From the human T2T-CHM13v2.0 reference genome, Homo sapiens, in the NCBI RefSeq assembly GCF_009914755.1, contig NC_060928.1: DNA of 64,000 bases; one strand, written 5' to 3'. How positions within the stretch are numbered: position 1 is the stretch's first letter; each line of letters opens with the position of its first letter. This document shows positions 40,644 through 55,002 of the stretch, in pieces. The translations under genes and the position numbers were made by a program. Under the pieces are notes generated by a model. The model had not been told where the DNA came from, searched no databases, and was given only the letters and a program-made list of their open reading frames with translations.

Positions 40644-41656
40644 ATTTATTTATGGCATTTGCCTACCAAAATTACTTTTTGAAAAGGTTTTCAAGTCATT
40701 GAACATAAATGTCTTTTCGGTCAGAGGCGTGCATAGAAATAGAGATGGGAAGGCAAAAGGAAGCAATACTAGCAACCACTGAAAAAACTCTTGTGGGCAG
40801 ACAGGGAAGAAAATGTGGGCTGCTGTTTTGACTAGCAGCCATCTACAGAGGAATGTTACTGCTCTTTGAGAAATAGTCCCTCCTAGGTCATGGCTCATTG
40901 ATGGCTGTGTCTGCCTAAAATGACAGAACTGTAAGGAACAGCTAGCTGTCAGTCATTCTACTCTTTGGAACTACCAGGATTCAGCTTCCACAAAATAGAG
41001 GTAGAAACAATGTAGGTGGTATTTGCTTGATATATTTATGCTGCTATGCTTTTGGATCCACATGTCACCTAACAAGAATTTTACTGACCTAATTGAGTTG
41101 ACTCTGTAATTGATTTTTGCAAAACTCCCCCAAAAAGTAAAACAAACAAACCAAAATGTAGTATTTTATTTTCTTAGTTCTCCTGGGAATTCTAGAAACT
41201 TGTTTTTGCAGGAGTGGCATCTCCATATGCCCATACGGAATTTGTTCACCAAAGAAAGTTAAGGTTGACTATTGATATGTATTTGCATAGTACTTTACAA
41301 ATGAGTGGAGGCGAAAAGGGAAGATACAAACACTTTGGTGCTGTACTAACTGGGTACTAAGGTCACTGAAATTACTCAGCCTCAGGAATCTAAGGAGCTC
41401 ATTATGAATAACAAAAGAAACTTCTATCACTCAGAAAATTCCAAGGGTTTTAGGAGTTTTGTGCCTGGAACCAGATTGCCAAACATATTTCTTATTCTAA
41501 CACAGCCATATTAAACTAGAATTTTTCAGTGTATCAGAGATTTATCAACAGAGAACAAAACTGAGCTTACATTGTCAGCCGTGGTGGTAATCTCATTTCA
41601 AAGCTATGTATACTTTTGAATGATATAGATATGAATATAGCAAAATTCTGATTTAC

Positions 41657-41773
41657 AAGAATCTCAATACATTTGCTCAGAGCTGTGCTAGGCTGTAATA
41701 GTTCTTTTTCACAACTACCATTGTAGGTGAATGCCAGATATATGACAGTCACCTTCATACTAGTAAGTTTTCT
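41657..41773 (-). pseudogene. TMPRSS11B-like pseudogene, exon-3 (SEA) paralogue
   Basis: ttttttcatag|AG...CTT|gtaaatcaga; 117 nt, ~75% identical by hand alignment to exon 3 at 4427-4542; EKTY*YEGDCHISGI/TYNGSCEKELLQPSTALSKCIEIL; TAG at 41760-41762 and a 1-nt insertion. Confidence 0.9.
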
Positions 41774-41819
41774 CTATGAAAAAATTTCAAAGAATTTTGT
41801 GTCAGTAAAGGGTTGTGAC

Positions 41820-43200
41820 TTGAGAAATAAAAATAAAATTCTAAGCCCCCACAACTGACTGAATGGATTTCCTCTTGACAAAGGGAACCACAGAGAAAAC
41901 CTGCATTCACAACCATAATGGGACGGGAGATCAGTCATGCCTCATCATAACCCTTCCCTTGCTAACTGTCATTAGGTTTTCTTCCCTAAGTAGTCCCAAT
42001 AAACTTGGTAGTCCCAAAAGTGGGATCTTTCCTTGTTTGGTATTGCAGAGCCAATACACAAAACCAAACATGAGCATCGAGTGGAGCAAAGAAAGGAGAA
42101 ACAGGAACATGGCTCACAGATCAACTTCTCACCTAGTGAGAGGTGAGGAGTTAAAATGTAGAGTCTCTTTAAGGAAAGGCTTGGACATTAAAAGGGAGGG
42201 GAGGAATATTCATATCCTTTCTGGAAATGGGCAGTGATATCAGAACCAGAGTCCAACCTTGTTCTTGTTCTTTTATGGTTTCTTCTGGTCATTGTCATGG
42301 CGACTGTTAACTATCATGACCCGGCTGGAAGTGTCACTTAGCATGAAAATTGGATTATAATGAAGTCTGAGATATATTTACGGCCACTCAGTCAGCCATC
42401 TTGATTCTAACTGGTTTTTGACCAATTCTCCTGAGGAGGAACTTCTGTCTGCATGCCTTCCTGTTTCTAAAAATAAGGAAAGTTACAGTGAGGTAGAAGT
42501 TCAGCTATGTCACACAGGCATTATACTAGGTAATAAATTAACTAAACAGAAATCAGCCTCTTCAAAAGACTGCTAAATTGTCTTCCATGTATAGAACAAA
42601 GGTAAGATGAGATTAATAATTCCTTCACCTTCCCCTGAGACATCTGCTCCCTCTATTCTCTTTTTTCCTCAAATGTTCACCTATCTTATGTAAACTGTTC
42701 ATTTACTGGGCACTAAATAATGTCTCACAAGTATGTAATCATTTGTCTCACTGCCACTGTCACGCGCATCCGTGTGAAGACACCACTAAACAGGCTTTGT
42801 GCGAGCAACAAGGCTGTTTATTTCACCTGGGTGCAGGTGGGCTGAGTCCGAAAAAGGAGTCAGTGAAGGGAGATAGGGCTGGGGCCGTTTTACAGGATTT
42901 GGGTAGGTAGTGGAAAATTACAGTCAAAGGGGGTTGTTCTCTGGTGGGCAGAGGCGGGGGTCACAAGGTGCTCAGTGGGGGAGCTTCTGAGCCAGGAGAA
43001 GGAATTTCACAAGGTAATGTCATCAGCTAAGGCAGGAACCGGCCATTTTCACTACTTTTGTGATTCTTCAGTTACTTCAGGCCATCTGGATGTATACGTG
43101 CGGGCTTGGGCTCAGAGGCCTGACAGCCACCACCCCTCCTTTTTTGAAGGAAAATTCATAAATACTAAACCTCCCAAGAACTTCTTTGGAAACAATTGAT
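41820..43200 (+). mobile_element. MER4-group LTR hosting an unassigned LTR (~41991-42540) and an LTR7
   Basis: aaataaaattctaagcccccacaactgactgaatgga start; MER4 sequence resumes at ~42541 and ~43126. Confidence 0.7.
42758..43125 (-). mobile_element. HERV-H solo LTR (LTR7 family)
   Basis: tgtcacgcgcatccgtgtgaaga...ctcagaggcctgaca; 5-bp TSD gccac (42753-42757, 43126-43130). Confidence 0.95.
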
Positions 43201-43399
43201 TTCTGTCAAATGTACTTTTCAGGTCATGTTTAACAGAGTAATCCACCAGCAAATGATTATTTAAAAAGCAGAATCCAATTCCTGCCCCCCAGACCAATGT
43301 ATTTGAGTCTGGGAATGGTGCTCAAGACATTGTATTTTTGACAGAATTATCAAATTCTGATAAATTTTACAAATATCACAGTTTGGAAACAATTTCTCT

Positions 43400-45007
<1,608 letters not shown>

Positions 45008-45790
45008 TAAAGAATAAGTGTCTTTCTTTTAAAACTTTAAAGAATTCTAATCCTCAAAGGATGAGATCAGTGGGTTTTGGCCTATGTTGAAAATAGTGAA
45101 AGAAATTATTAGTACACCCTTGCATATCCAAGTGTCAGATTTTTAATATTTCACATAAGTCCTATGTTTTAGTTACTAATATTCTACTAATGTTAATTTG
45201 CTGTTCCCAATAACTATTCTATGGTTATATGAAATGTTTGTGTTAGAAGAAGTGGGGTGAAAAATATAAGGAAACTCCTTTTTCTATTTTTGCAACTTTT
45301 TATAAGTCAGAAAATAGTTCAAAGTAAGTTTTTTTAAGCTACTTAAGTCTTTGAATAATCCTTATTAGACCTTGTTGCAAATATAATAAAATAGCCCGGT
45401 GTTTTGAACACTGTGGCTTATGTTCTATTTTCAGCTATATTATCCACCAGCATTTTTCCTTATGGCTCAAAAGATTGGGCTAAACCAGAGCTAGATTCAC
45501 TATGACATTGCTTCTATCCTTAACATGGAATTCTATGATTCCAATTTATATATTCTGGATATGTTATCCTCATCCAGTGTATATATTGCAAATATATATT
45601 TCCAGACTGTGGCTTTCTTTTTCATTCTCTTAACAGTGTCATTTCATAAACAGAAGTTCTTAATTTTAATGAAGGCCAACTGTCACACTTTCCTTGATGG
45701 TGAGTGCTTTTTATGTCCTGTTTAAGAAATGTTCCCCTACTACAAGGCCATGAAGTTATTCTCCTACATTCTTATCCTCATGCTCATTGT

Positions 45791-47108
45791 TGATATGGTT
45801 TGGCTTTGTGTCCCCACCCAAATCTCATCTCAAATTGTAATCCCCAGGTGTTGAGGGAGGAACCTGGTGGCAGGTGATTGGATCATGGGGTTGGTGTTCT
45901 CCCCATGGTGTTTTCATGATAGTAAGTGAGTTCTCCTCATGAGATCTGATGGTTTTCTAAGTGTCAGTTTCCTCTACTCTCTCTTTTTCTGCCACTTTGT
46001 GAAGAAGGTACTTGTTTCTCCTTTGCCTTCCACCATGATTGTAAGTTTTCTGAGGTCTCCCCAGCCATGTGGAACTGTGAGTCAATTAAACCTCTTTCCT
46101 TTATAAATTATCCAATCGTGGGTATTTCTTTATAACATTGTGGAAATGAAATAATACAGAGAAGTGACACCAGGAGTGGGGCACTGCTGTAAAGATACTT
46201 AAATGTGGAAGCAACTTTGGAACTGGGTAATGGGCAGAGTTTGGAACAGTTTGGAGGGCTCAGAAGAAGACAGGAAGATATGAGTTTGGAACTTCCTAGA
46301 GACTTGTTGAGTGGTTTTCACCAAAATACTGATAGTGATATGAACAATGAAGTCCACACTGAGGTAGTCTCCGTTAAAGATGAGGAAACTATTGGGAACA
46401 GGAGTAAAGATCACACTCATGCTATGCTTTAACAAAGAGACAGGCAGCCTTTGCCCTAGAGATCTGTGGAACTTTGAACTTGAGAGAGATGATTTAGGGT
46501 ATCTGGCCAAAGAAATTTCTAAGCAGCAGGCATTCAATAGGTGAACTGAATTTTCCTGAAAGTGTATAGTTGTATGCATTCGCAAAGAGATAATTTGAAA
46601 TTGGAACTTATGTTTATTAATACAAGGGAAGTAGAGCATCAAAGTTTGGAAAATTTGGAGCTTTACACTGAGGTAGAAAAGAAAAATCCATTTTCTAGGG
46701 AGAAATTCAAGCTGGCCACAGAAATTTGCATAAGTAATGAGGAACAAAATGTTAATAGCCAAGACAATGGGGAAAATATACCCAGGGCATGTCAGAGATC
46801 TTCACAGCAGCCCCTCCCATCACAGGCCTGAGGCGTAGCAGGGCAAAAAACGTTTCTTGGGCCAGGCTCAGGGCCCTGCTGCTCTGTGCAGCCTCAGGAC
46901 TTGGTGACCTGCATCCCAGCTGCACCAGCTCCAGCCATGTCTTAAAGGTGCCAAAATACAGCTTGGGCCATTGCTTCAGAGGGTTCAAGCCCCAAGCCTT
47001 GGCAGCTTCCATGTGGTGTTGGGCCTGTGGGTGCACAGAATATAAGGATTGAGGTTTGGGAACCTCTGCCTAGATTCCAGAGGACGTATGGAAATGCCTG
47101 GATGTCCA
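45791..47108 (+). mobile_element. MST LTR (45791-46158) plus truncated internal region
   Basis: tgatatggtttggctttgtgtccccacccaaatctc...; MaLR internal consensus follows. Confidence 0.88.
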
Positions 47109-47109
47109 C

Positions 47110-47553
47110 TGAGTCATGCAAAAATCACAAAAAGCAAAAAGACAAAAAAAAAAAACAAAACCCTACTTGCCTTTTGTTCCCAAACAGACAGCTGTAATTT
47201 CATATGCTTACTTTATCTCTTACATAAAATGTAGATTTACTGAGTACAAGTCAAATGCATAATTGACCTTTCCCCCACAGTCTTCCTTCCAAATGTAAAA
47301 TGTATATTCACCGAGCATTAATCAGAGCTTCACAAGAATTGACTCATTGCCTACCCTACCTCCCTTTTTTTTCCTTCCCCTCCTGCTTGCTCTTTTCCCT
47401 TTAAATATTGAAGTTCCCAAAACCCTGTTTGAAAAAACTCAGGCCACAGATCCTACTGTAACTTGTATTTCTTTTTCCCAGGCATGTCCTCCACCTTGGT
47501 AAAATAGATCTCTGAATCCACTGAGATCTGCCTCAGTCACTTTTTGGATTACA
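47110..47553 (+). mobile_element. MER4-group LTR fragment
   Basis: ccctttaaatattgaagttcccaaaaccc...cactttttggattaca. Confidence 0.65.
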
Positions 47554-47555
47554 GG

Positions 47556-47924
47556 TGTATTAGTCTGTTTTCACATTGCTATAAAGAACTGCTGGAGACT
47601 GGGTAACTTATAAACAAAAAAGGTTTAATTGACTCACAGTTACTCGTGGCTGAGGAAGCCTCAGGAAACTTACAATCCCGGTGGAAGGTGAAGAAGAAGC
47701 AAGCACCTTCTTCACAAGGCAGCAAGAGAGAGAAAAGGAGAGGGGGTGAACTGCCAAACACTTTAAAACCATCAGATCTTGTGAGAACTCACTGAGTATC
47801 ATAAGAACAGCATGGAGAAACTGCCCCCATGATCCAATCACCTCCCACCAGATCCCTCTCTGGACATGCAGGAATTACAATTCAAGATGAGATTTGAGTG
47901 GGGACTCAGAGCCAAACCATATCA
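47556..47924 (-). mobile_element. MST solo LTR
   Basis: tgtattagtctgttttcac...gccaaaccatatca. Confidence 0.88.
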
Positions 47925-48603
47925 ACAGTATATTCTATTAATTCAGAATCACTTGTTGAAAAGCAAAATTGTTTGCCCAGTAAATTGTAGTTGTGTAGTT
48001 GTCATAAAATTAGGTGACTAGATGTATGTGTCAGTTTCTGGTCTCCGACCTCTCTTCTATAGATATATCTGTCTATCCTCACAGTAATACCACTGTAGTC
48101 TAGATGTCTGGAAGTATAACTTCCAGGTTTGACTTTCTTCAAGGCTATACAAGGTTCAAAACAGTATCAAAATCCAGAGGTAGAAGGCAAGTTTGTGATG
48201 AGGTGCAGGGCCACATCCAGATAGGGCTAATCAGGAGTTAGTACTGACCAGGATTTGATGTTGACCTTATAACAGTGAATTAAGTTTTAAATATGAGAAG
48301 GTGGGTTGTCTTATCTGTTTTTATTACTCTCTCTGTTCCTCAGTTTTTTATTCAGTGTAACACATAGGAAAAGTATATTTCTTATTTGATTATTGTGAGC
48401 AATAATGTATTGATTCATAAAATACTTAAAATTATTCTTATTATGTAGTAGACTTCTATTATATAGTAGACTCTTACTTAATGTTTGGTATTGTAATTAT
48501 TGTTTTTCTTGTTAGTATTCTTATTTTAGCATCTGGAAAGTGCTCAACATTTTACTTTGAGGCATTGCAGTTGCATCTCTTTCTACTATTGAAATGATTA
48601 TGA

Positions 48604-48905
<302 letters not shown>

Positions 48906-49189
48906 TTATAAACTGACAGATAATGAAAACAGGTGTAAATGGGGATATGGCTTGCAAACGTTGAACCACAAAATGCTATAGAATGGCACTACAGCAATAT
49001 CAATGGAGATCATTTCCTCTTATTTGAAAAACAGAGTGGGAGAACTGGGTTTTTGAGAGTGGGTACTAATCCTGTTATATTTTTATAATTTAATGGGGAA
49101 ATGAAGAAATTACTTAATACATTAAAAAACTAATACAATATCTTTCATATTATAAATATTCAATATGTATCAGCTAGTAGAGAAATTAT

Positions 49190-49485
49190 CAGCTGGTCAT
49201 GGTGGTTCAGGCCTGTAATCCCGGCATTTTGGAAGGCCAGAGTGGGTGGATTACTTGTGTTCAGTAGTTGGAGACCGGCCTGAGCAACATGGCAAAACCC
49301 TGTCTCTACAAAATTAAAAAATACTAAAACTTATTGTGGCATATGGCATGTGCCTGTAGTCTGAGCTACTCAGGAGGCCGAGGTGGGAAGATCACTTGAG
49401 CCTAGGAGGCAGAGGTTGCAGTGAGTGAGATTGCACCATTGCACTCCAGCCTGGGCAACAGAGAGAGACCTTGTCTCAAAAAAAA
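49190..49485 (+). mobile_element. AluJ
   Basis: Diverged dimeric Alu. Confidence 0.85.
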
Positions 49486-50515
49486 ATTATTTTCATTTTT
49501 GTACACTAGCATTAGGTTTATTAAAAAGCAACAAGTGTAGAAAGACATCTATGCTAGAGAGATGTACTTTTACATTCAACCACTAAGTGAAAGATATATT
49601 TGTTTCTCAAAAACAAAAAGAAAACATGCTTCTCGTGGTACTCAGTAGGATGAACATCAGTTGTGCTAAAATTAAAGTAACATAGCTTTAAAAACATTTC
49701 ATGTTCAGTGTATTATTATTGCCAATATACCCTCAAACAAAATGTTGTATTTTTATGTAGGTCATTATGAAACAGAAGGAAAATATATATATATATATAA
49801 ACAGATTAAAAATAATAATAGTAATATTATAACTGAAATTAATGTATATACTGAATAATTTGGAAACAAAATATTTTTGGTTTCAGAAATTTTGCCTTTT
49901 AACCAGGAAAATTCCAACTTATCTCTTCCAAGTAAAATACTTCGTGATTTTATAATTCTTCAGATATGACAAAAAACCACAACCAAAAGAGCTAAGAATA
50001 TGCCTACATTTATACGCAGTATCCTCTTTTTTCAATAGTTTTAATTGGGTAAATTTGAAATCCCTGGTTGTTTATTATTTATCATTGAAGGGATCAAAAT
50101 ATTCACATAGGAAATTCAGGATGCATCAAATGTAATGGGAATTAGTGATTGATTATGTTGTGTTCCTTTACTGGAACCTAAAACACTTTAGAAGACTTTA
50201 AAACATTTGAAAAGTTTTCATGCTGAAAGAAAATGATAACTCTGCAGATTAGTAATTATAATATTCATGGTTCCCTACTTCAACTTTGTTCTCAACGCTT
50301 TCTGTAATCATTTAGTGACAAACTTCAGTAATTCCTTTCATTCTGCTTGAGGCTATTTCAAAATTTGTCCACTATCCTTAAACCTCCTACAAATTTTTTC
50401 ACTAAAACCACTGGAAAAAAACTAACTGACAAAAATTAAGCAAATTTGTACTTACTACTGTATTCATTTTCAGCCATACTATTGCCACATTGGCCTTCCT
50501 GTAAAATATGTAAAT

Positions 50516-51475
50516 TGAAGGGGGCCAGCTCCTCCACACCTGTGGGTGTTTCTGGTCAGGTGGGACAAGAGATTGAGAAAAGGAATAAGACACAGAGACA
50601 AAGTATAGAGAAAGAAAAGTGGGGCTAGGGGACCAGCGCTCAGCATACGGAGGACCCACGCCGGCACGGGTCTGCGTTCCCTGAGTATTTATTGATCACT
50701 CTACCATTTCGGAGAGGGGGATGTGGCAGGTCAATAGGGTAATAGTGGGGAGAGGGTCAGCAGGAAAACATGTGAGCAAAGATCTCTGTGTCATAAATAA
50801 GTTTAAGGAAAGGTGCTGTGCTTTGTTGTGCATGTACACAAACATCTTGGTGCATTAAAGAGCAGTATTGCCACTAGCATGTCTCACCTCCAGCCCTAAG
50901 GCTGTTTTCTCCTATCTCAGTAAATAGAACATACAATCAGGTTTTACACCGAGACATTCCATTCCCAGGGACAAGCAGGAGACAGACGCCTTCCTCTTAT
51001 CTCAACTGCAAAGAGGCCTTCATATTTTACTAATCCTCCTCAGCACAGACCCTTTACGGGTGTTGGGCTGGGGGACGGTCAGGTCTTTCCCTTCCCACGA
51101 GGCCATATCTCAGGCTATCACATGGTGAGAAACCTTGGACAATACCTGGCTTTCCTAGGCAGAGGTCCCTGCGGCCTTCCACAGTGTATTGTGTCCCTGG
51201 GTACTTGAGATTAGAGAATGGCGATGACTTTTACCAAGCATACTGCCTTCAAGCACTTTTTTAACAAAGCACATTCTGCACAGCCCTAAATCCATTAAAC
51301 CTTGGGTCAACACAGCACATATCTCTGCAAGCACAGGGTTGGGGCTAGGGTTACAGATTAACAACATCTCAAGGCAGAAGAATTTCTCTTAGTACAGAAC
51401 AAAATGGAGTTTCTTATGTCTACTTCTTTCTACATAGACACATTAACAGTCTGATTTCTCTTTCTTTTCCCCACA
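50516..51475 (-). mobile_element. HERV-K(HML-2) solo LTR, older LTR5A/B type
   Basis: Minus strand starts tgtggggaaaagaaagagaaatcagactgtt and ends ...gctggcccccttca; 960 bp. Confidence 0.93.
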
Positions 51476-51501
51476 TAGAGTAAAAAAAAAATTATACTCA
51501 T

Positions 51502-51719
51502 GAAGGGTTATATATGACTGTCTTCTATATATCGAGCAAATCTGTACTTGACTTTGTGCTCAAGTCCAATATAACAGCTGCTCCCTTGGCCTTCATGTGA
51601 GCAATGTTATCATGTTGGTCCGCAAACAAAGGAATGCCCATGGAGGGACTCCACGGTAGATCATCTCATAGATGCTATTGTTCCACCATAAGTTATAAAG
51701 GCTTTGGTTTGGGGATGAT
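51502..51719 (-). pseudogene. UGT2B-like pseudogene, exon 5 relic (UGT signature region)
   Basis: [68 protein letters not shown]; 218 nt = canonical 220 minus two 1-nt deletions; donor decayed to atgagt. Confidence 0.95.
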
Positions 51720-52418
51720 CTAGGATTGTGTGATTTTTAGCAAGATTACTAATTGTACATCTGAGAAATAAGATGAGAAACGCACAATATAAGGCAATGA
51801 AAGATAAAGTGTTTTCTATGAACAAGTTATTGCATGCATGAAACTGCACTGATATTGCTTTCAGATCTCAGAGGAAGAAGCACCTAAGCCCACTGGGGAG
51901 GTAAGTGAAGGCTACGTGAAAAAGGTACTGTGTGACATGAGACTTGAGACTTGAAAAAGGAGTGTGAGATTGCCAGAAGGAGAAAATGAAGGAACACATT
52001 CACAATAAATAAAGAGCAAGTGTGAGAAAGGGAGAGGGAAGCAAAAGAAAAATACATTATCTTAAAGAAACATTGATGTCACACTGAAAGTGATATGTAG
52101 GGCAGGGCAACAGGGAATTGAGTGGGCATGCTGGAATCAGAGGAAGGACAGGCCACACTTTATCATGAAATATATTATCATTTCATAATAAAGTTGTCAA
52201 GTATTTTCTCATAGAAAATGCAGTCTCTCATAATAAAAGAGGTGTTGTTATTTTTCAGAGGCAGTAGGGGAGATAGGTGTAAGACTGCAGAACAAAGGAC
52301 AGTGTGACAATCCAGGAAGTTATCAAAAAATCCTCTGTGATATGTAACTGCATTTGAAATAAGGTACTTTGATTCCGGCCATAAAGAATGTGACTCTGGG
52401 TTAAAAAGTGCCATCCCA

Positions 52419-52690
52419 GGCTGAGCACAGTGGCTGATTTCTGGAATCCCAGTGTTTGGGAGTCTGAGCCTAGAGGATCGCTTGAGGCCTGGAGTTCAAG
52501 ACCAGCCTGGGCAACATAGTGAGACCCTGTTACTACAAAAAAATTAGCCGGGCATGGTGGTGTGCACCTGTAGTCCCAGCCACTGGGGCGGCTGAGAAAG
52601 GAGGCTCACTACTGTAATCTATGATTGTACTACTATGCTTCAGCCTGGGCTACAGAGCAAGACCTTATCTCAGGAAACAACAACAACAAC
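52419..52690 (+). mobile_element. AluJ
   Basis: Diverged Alu with (CAA)n tail. Confidence 0.8.
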
Positions 52691-52853
52691 CCCTTAAAGT
52701 ATGTCTTTTCCTCTCTAAAACTAGAAAATAAATATGAAGAAGTTAATTTTATTTTTAAATTTTTTATTAATAAGTGTTTAATAAATTATTTCCTGTTTAT
52801 TATCACTCTGGCTATTACTCATGTTTTCAGTATTTTCTTTTTTCATGTCTTAT

Positions 52854-52945
52854 GAAGACATTCATTCTGTGGGATCCACCTATGCCACTGAGTATTGGAT
52901 CTTAAGGTATTTGGTTTCCTTCCAAAAATACCTTATTGACAATAC
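52854..52945 (-). pseudogene. UGT2B-like pseudogene, exon 4 relic
   Basis: GRKPNTLRSNTQWHRWIPQNECL matches UGT2B [23 protein letters not shown]; donor decayed to ataaga. Confidence 0.88.
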
Positions 52946-54868
52946 CTTATAGCATGCAGGAATTCTAAAGAGATTAAGAGATCGCATAGTTAAACGCCTT
53001 TCATATGACAGACAAGGAAATGAGGACAAGACAGGGTGAGTAATGAGAACTGTTAAAACATTGATGTAAATAGGAATACTCACATTTCTCGTACTTACTT
53101 TTATATTCAATTAAGGTATGAAATGTAACCTTGATGTTTCACAAATAGTTTCTTAAACAAATGAGATTATCAATGACAAATTTAAATATTTAAGAAAGAG
53201 TTAAACATCATTATAATTGTAATGCAAAGAATTGTAGCAAATTTCTAATGAGCTATACTTGTTTTTGTTTTATGTACCTATTTTTTATATTAGCTCTCAT
53301 TTTCCAACTTAATATAACCTCTTAATTTTTTTGAGTTGTGCTGGAGGGCATTGACTTATATTATTTGTTCTATACATTATTTTATTAAAGTTTTAAATAT
53401 TTTAACTTACAGAAAAGCATGTCTATGAAATCATCTGCTTGTGAGAAATAAAATAATTCTGATTTTTAAAAAGTGTAACTTCTTTTAGATGACAAAGTAT
53501 TAAACACTGCTTCCAAGAAAAATCTGAAGTGGTAATTTAGAATATAAATTTCGAGTATCATCATGATTGCTGAGTTTGAAAATCCTTCAAATGTTTAATC
53601 AAAAGACCAATCTTAATTCAAAAGTTATTACTTTTGTAATAACTGTTTAAAAAATTCAAAATTGTGATGATGCTTAATTTTGTTGAACTGACAGTTAACA
53701 CTTTGATGATGTACTACAAAGCATTAACGTCAGTGATTAATATGATTTCATATAGCCAAGTCATTTCCATGCCCAGGCCCAAAATAAGGTACTGATTTTG
53801 GAATTCCCAAGATCCTTATAAACTGAAGTACCATAGACAATTTTTTTAACTTTTACTTGGTATATGAGTGTTAGAGTTAATTCAAATTTTCAGCAAAAAA
53901 ATTAGTATAGGTAATTAGAAGGCAATAGCAGACAGAAAATTTAAAAAGTAGCTCACAAATACCTAAAGACCAGAGGAGTACTCTATACATTAGAAAATAC
54001 ATTACTAATATATTTTTTGAAGTTGAGGGCATCTGAACCTCTTCCTATGGTATGCTTGCTTCCACTTTACTGCTTCTTATATTCCCTTCTTCCTCCATTA
54101 GGAGAAGGCGTTTATTGGAAGCAGAATCTTTGTGAGGTCACATTTTATAATACACAGGGTTCATCTTAAGGGCAGGATTCCATCTTCACCCTTTCTCTTA
54201 CTTCTTCCTGCTTGAAACATTGGCAAGCTCAGGTTCACCAATTCAGGCTGGTTTTCTCTTTCTCTAAATCTACCTGGGTTGGTTGGTACCTAGACTCAAA
54301 GTTAGTGAGCCCTGAACTTTTTTTCTCTGCATACTCCCTGAACAGCACACTGAATAGCTCTGTTCCAACATTTCGGTGATGTAAAAGAGGCAGGGATAAC
54401 ATGGCAAGCTTAAACTGTGATGCGATTCAGAGGCTTTTAAATGCAAGCTTAGGGTTATTTTGCTAGTACAGGGGCTCATTAAATTTAACTTTTTTCTAAT
54501 AACATCTGTAGCATTTCCAGTGTCCTCAGGAATGCTGTGAGGAAAAGGAGGAAATAGACGGGCAGAATTTGGTGATTTCTCTGTCCCTACCTGTAACACA
54601 AGTATAATATCAACTGTATAATATGCTATACCTGTAAAGATTTTTATTTCTAATCACAATGTTAATGCCAAAGTTATCGATAAAAAACAGTTATCTTAGC
54701 ATGTGCCAAATATATATACGTATATATAAACCATATATATGTTTTTAAGTGCTTTCTGAGATAAATTAGAGCTATCCAACAGTCTACCTTTTACAGAGGT
54801 GATTTCTACAATCAGACACTTTATAGACTCATTCAGTAGCTGTCTTCAATTAAGGAACTTCATCTAAC

Positions 54869-55002
54869 ATTTTGTGGGATCTGGGAAAGTGCTGATGCAA
54901 TCACTCTGACCTGTTCTTCTTTCATGTTTCTAATCACTGATCCCACAGAAAACACCACCAACACCATTTTTCTGCAGAGCTGAGGACCACATCTTCCATT
55001 TC
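54869..55002 (-). pseudogene. UGT2B-like pseudogene, exon 3 relic
   Basis: ttctttcttcaaag|GAAATGGAAGAT...CCACAAAAT|gttaga; EMEDVVLSSAE/NGV/VVFSVGSVIRNMKEEQVRVIASALSQIPQN; 134 nt = canonical 132 + two 1-nt insertions. Confidence 0.93.

Noticed and set aside
45435-45520. Plus-strand IIHQHF...HYDIA resembling a serine-protease Asp motif
   Set aside because: Wrong strand relative to the relic, wrong spacing and different frames; likely chance.
49930-50030. Hydrophobic minus-strand stretch (GIFLALLVVVFCHI) as an exon 2 paralogue
   Set aside because: No convincing nucleotide similarity to 9961-10076 and no splice sites.
54270-54599. 109-aa ORF in unique-looking sequence
   Set aside because: No recognisable homology, non-ATG start, and it lies in intron 3 of the UGT2B relic.
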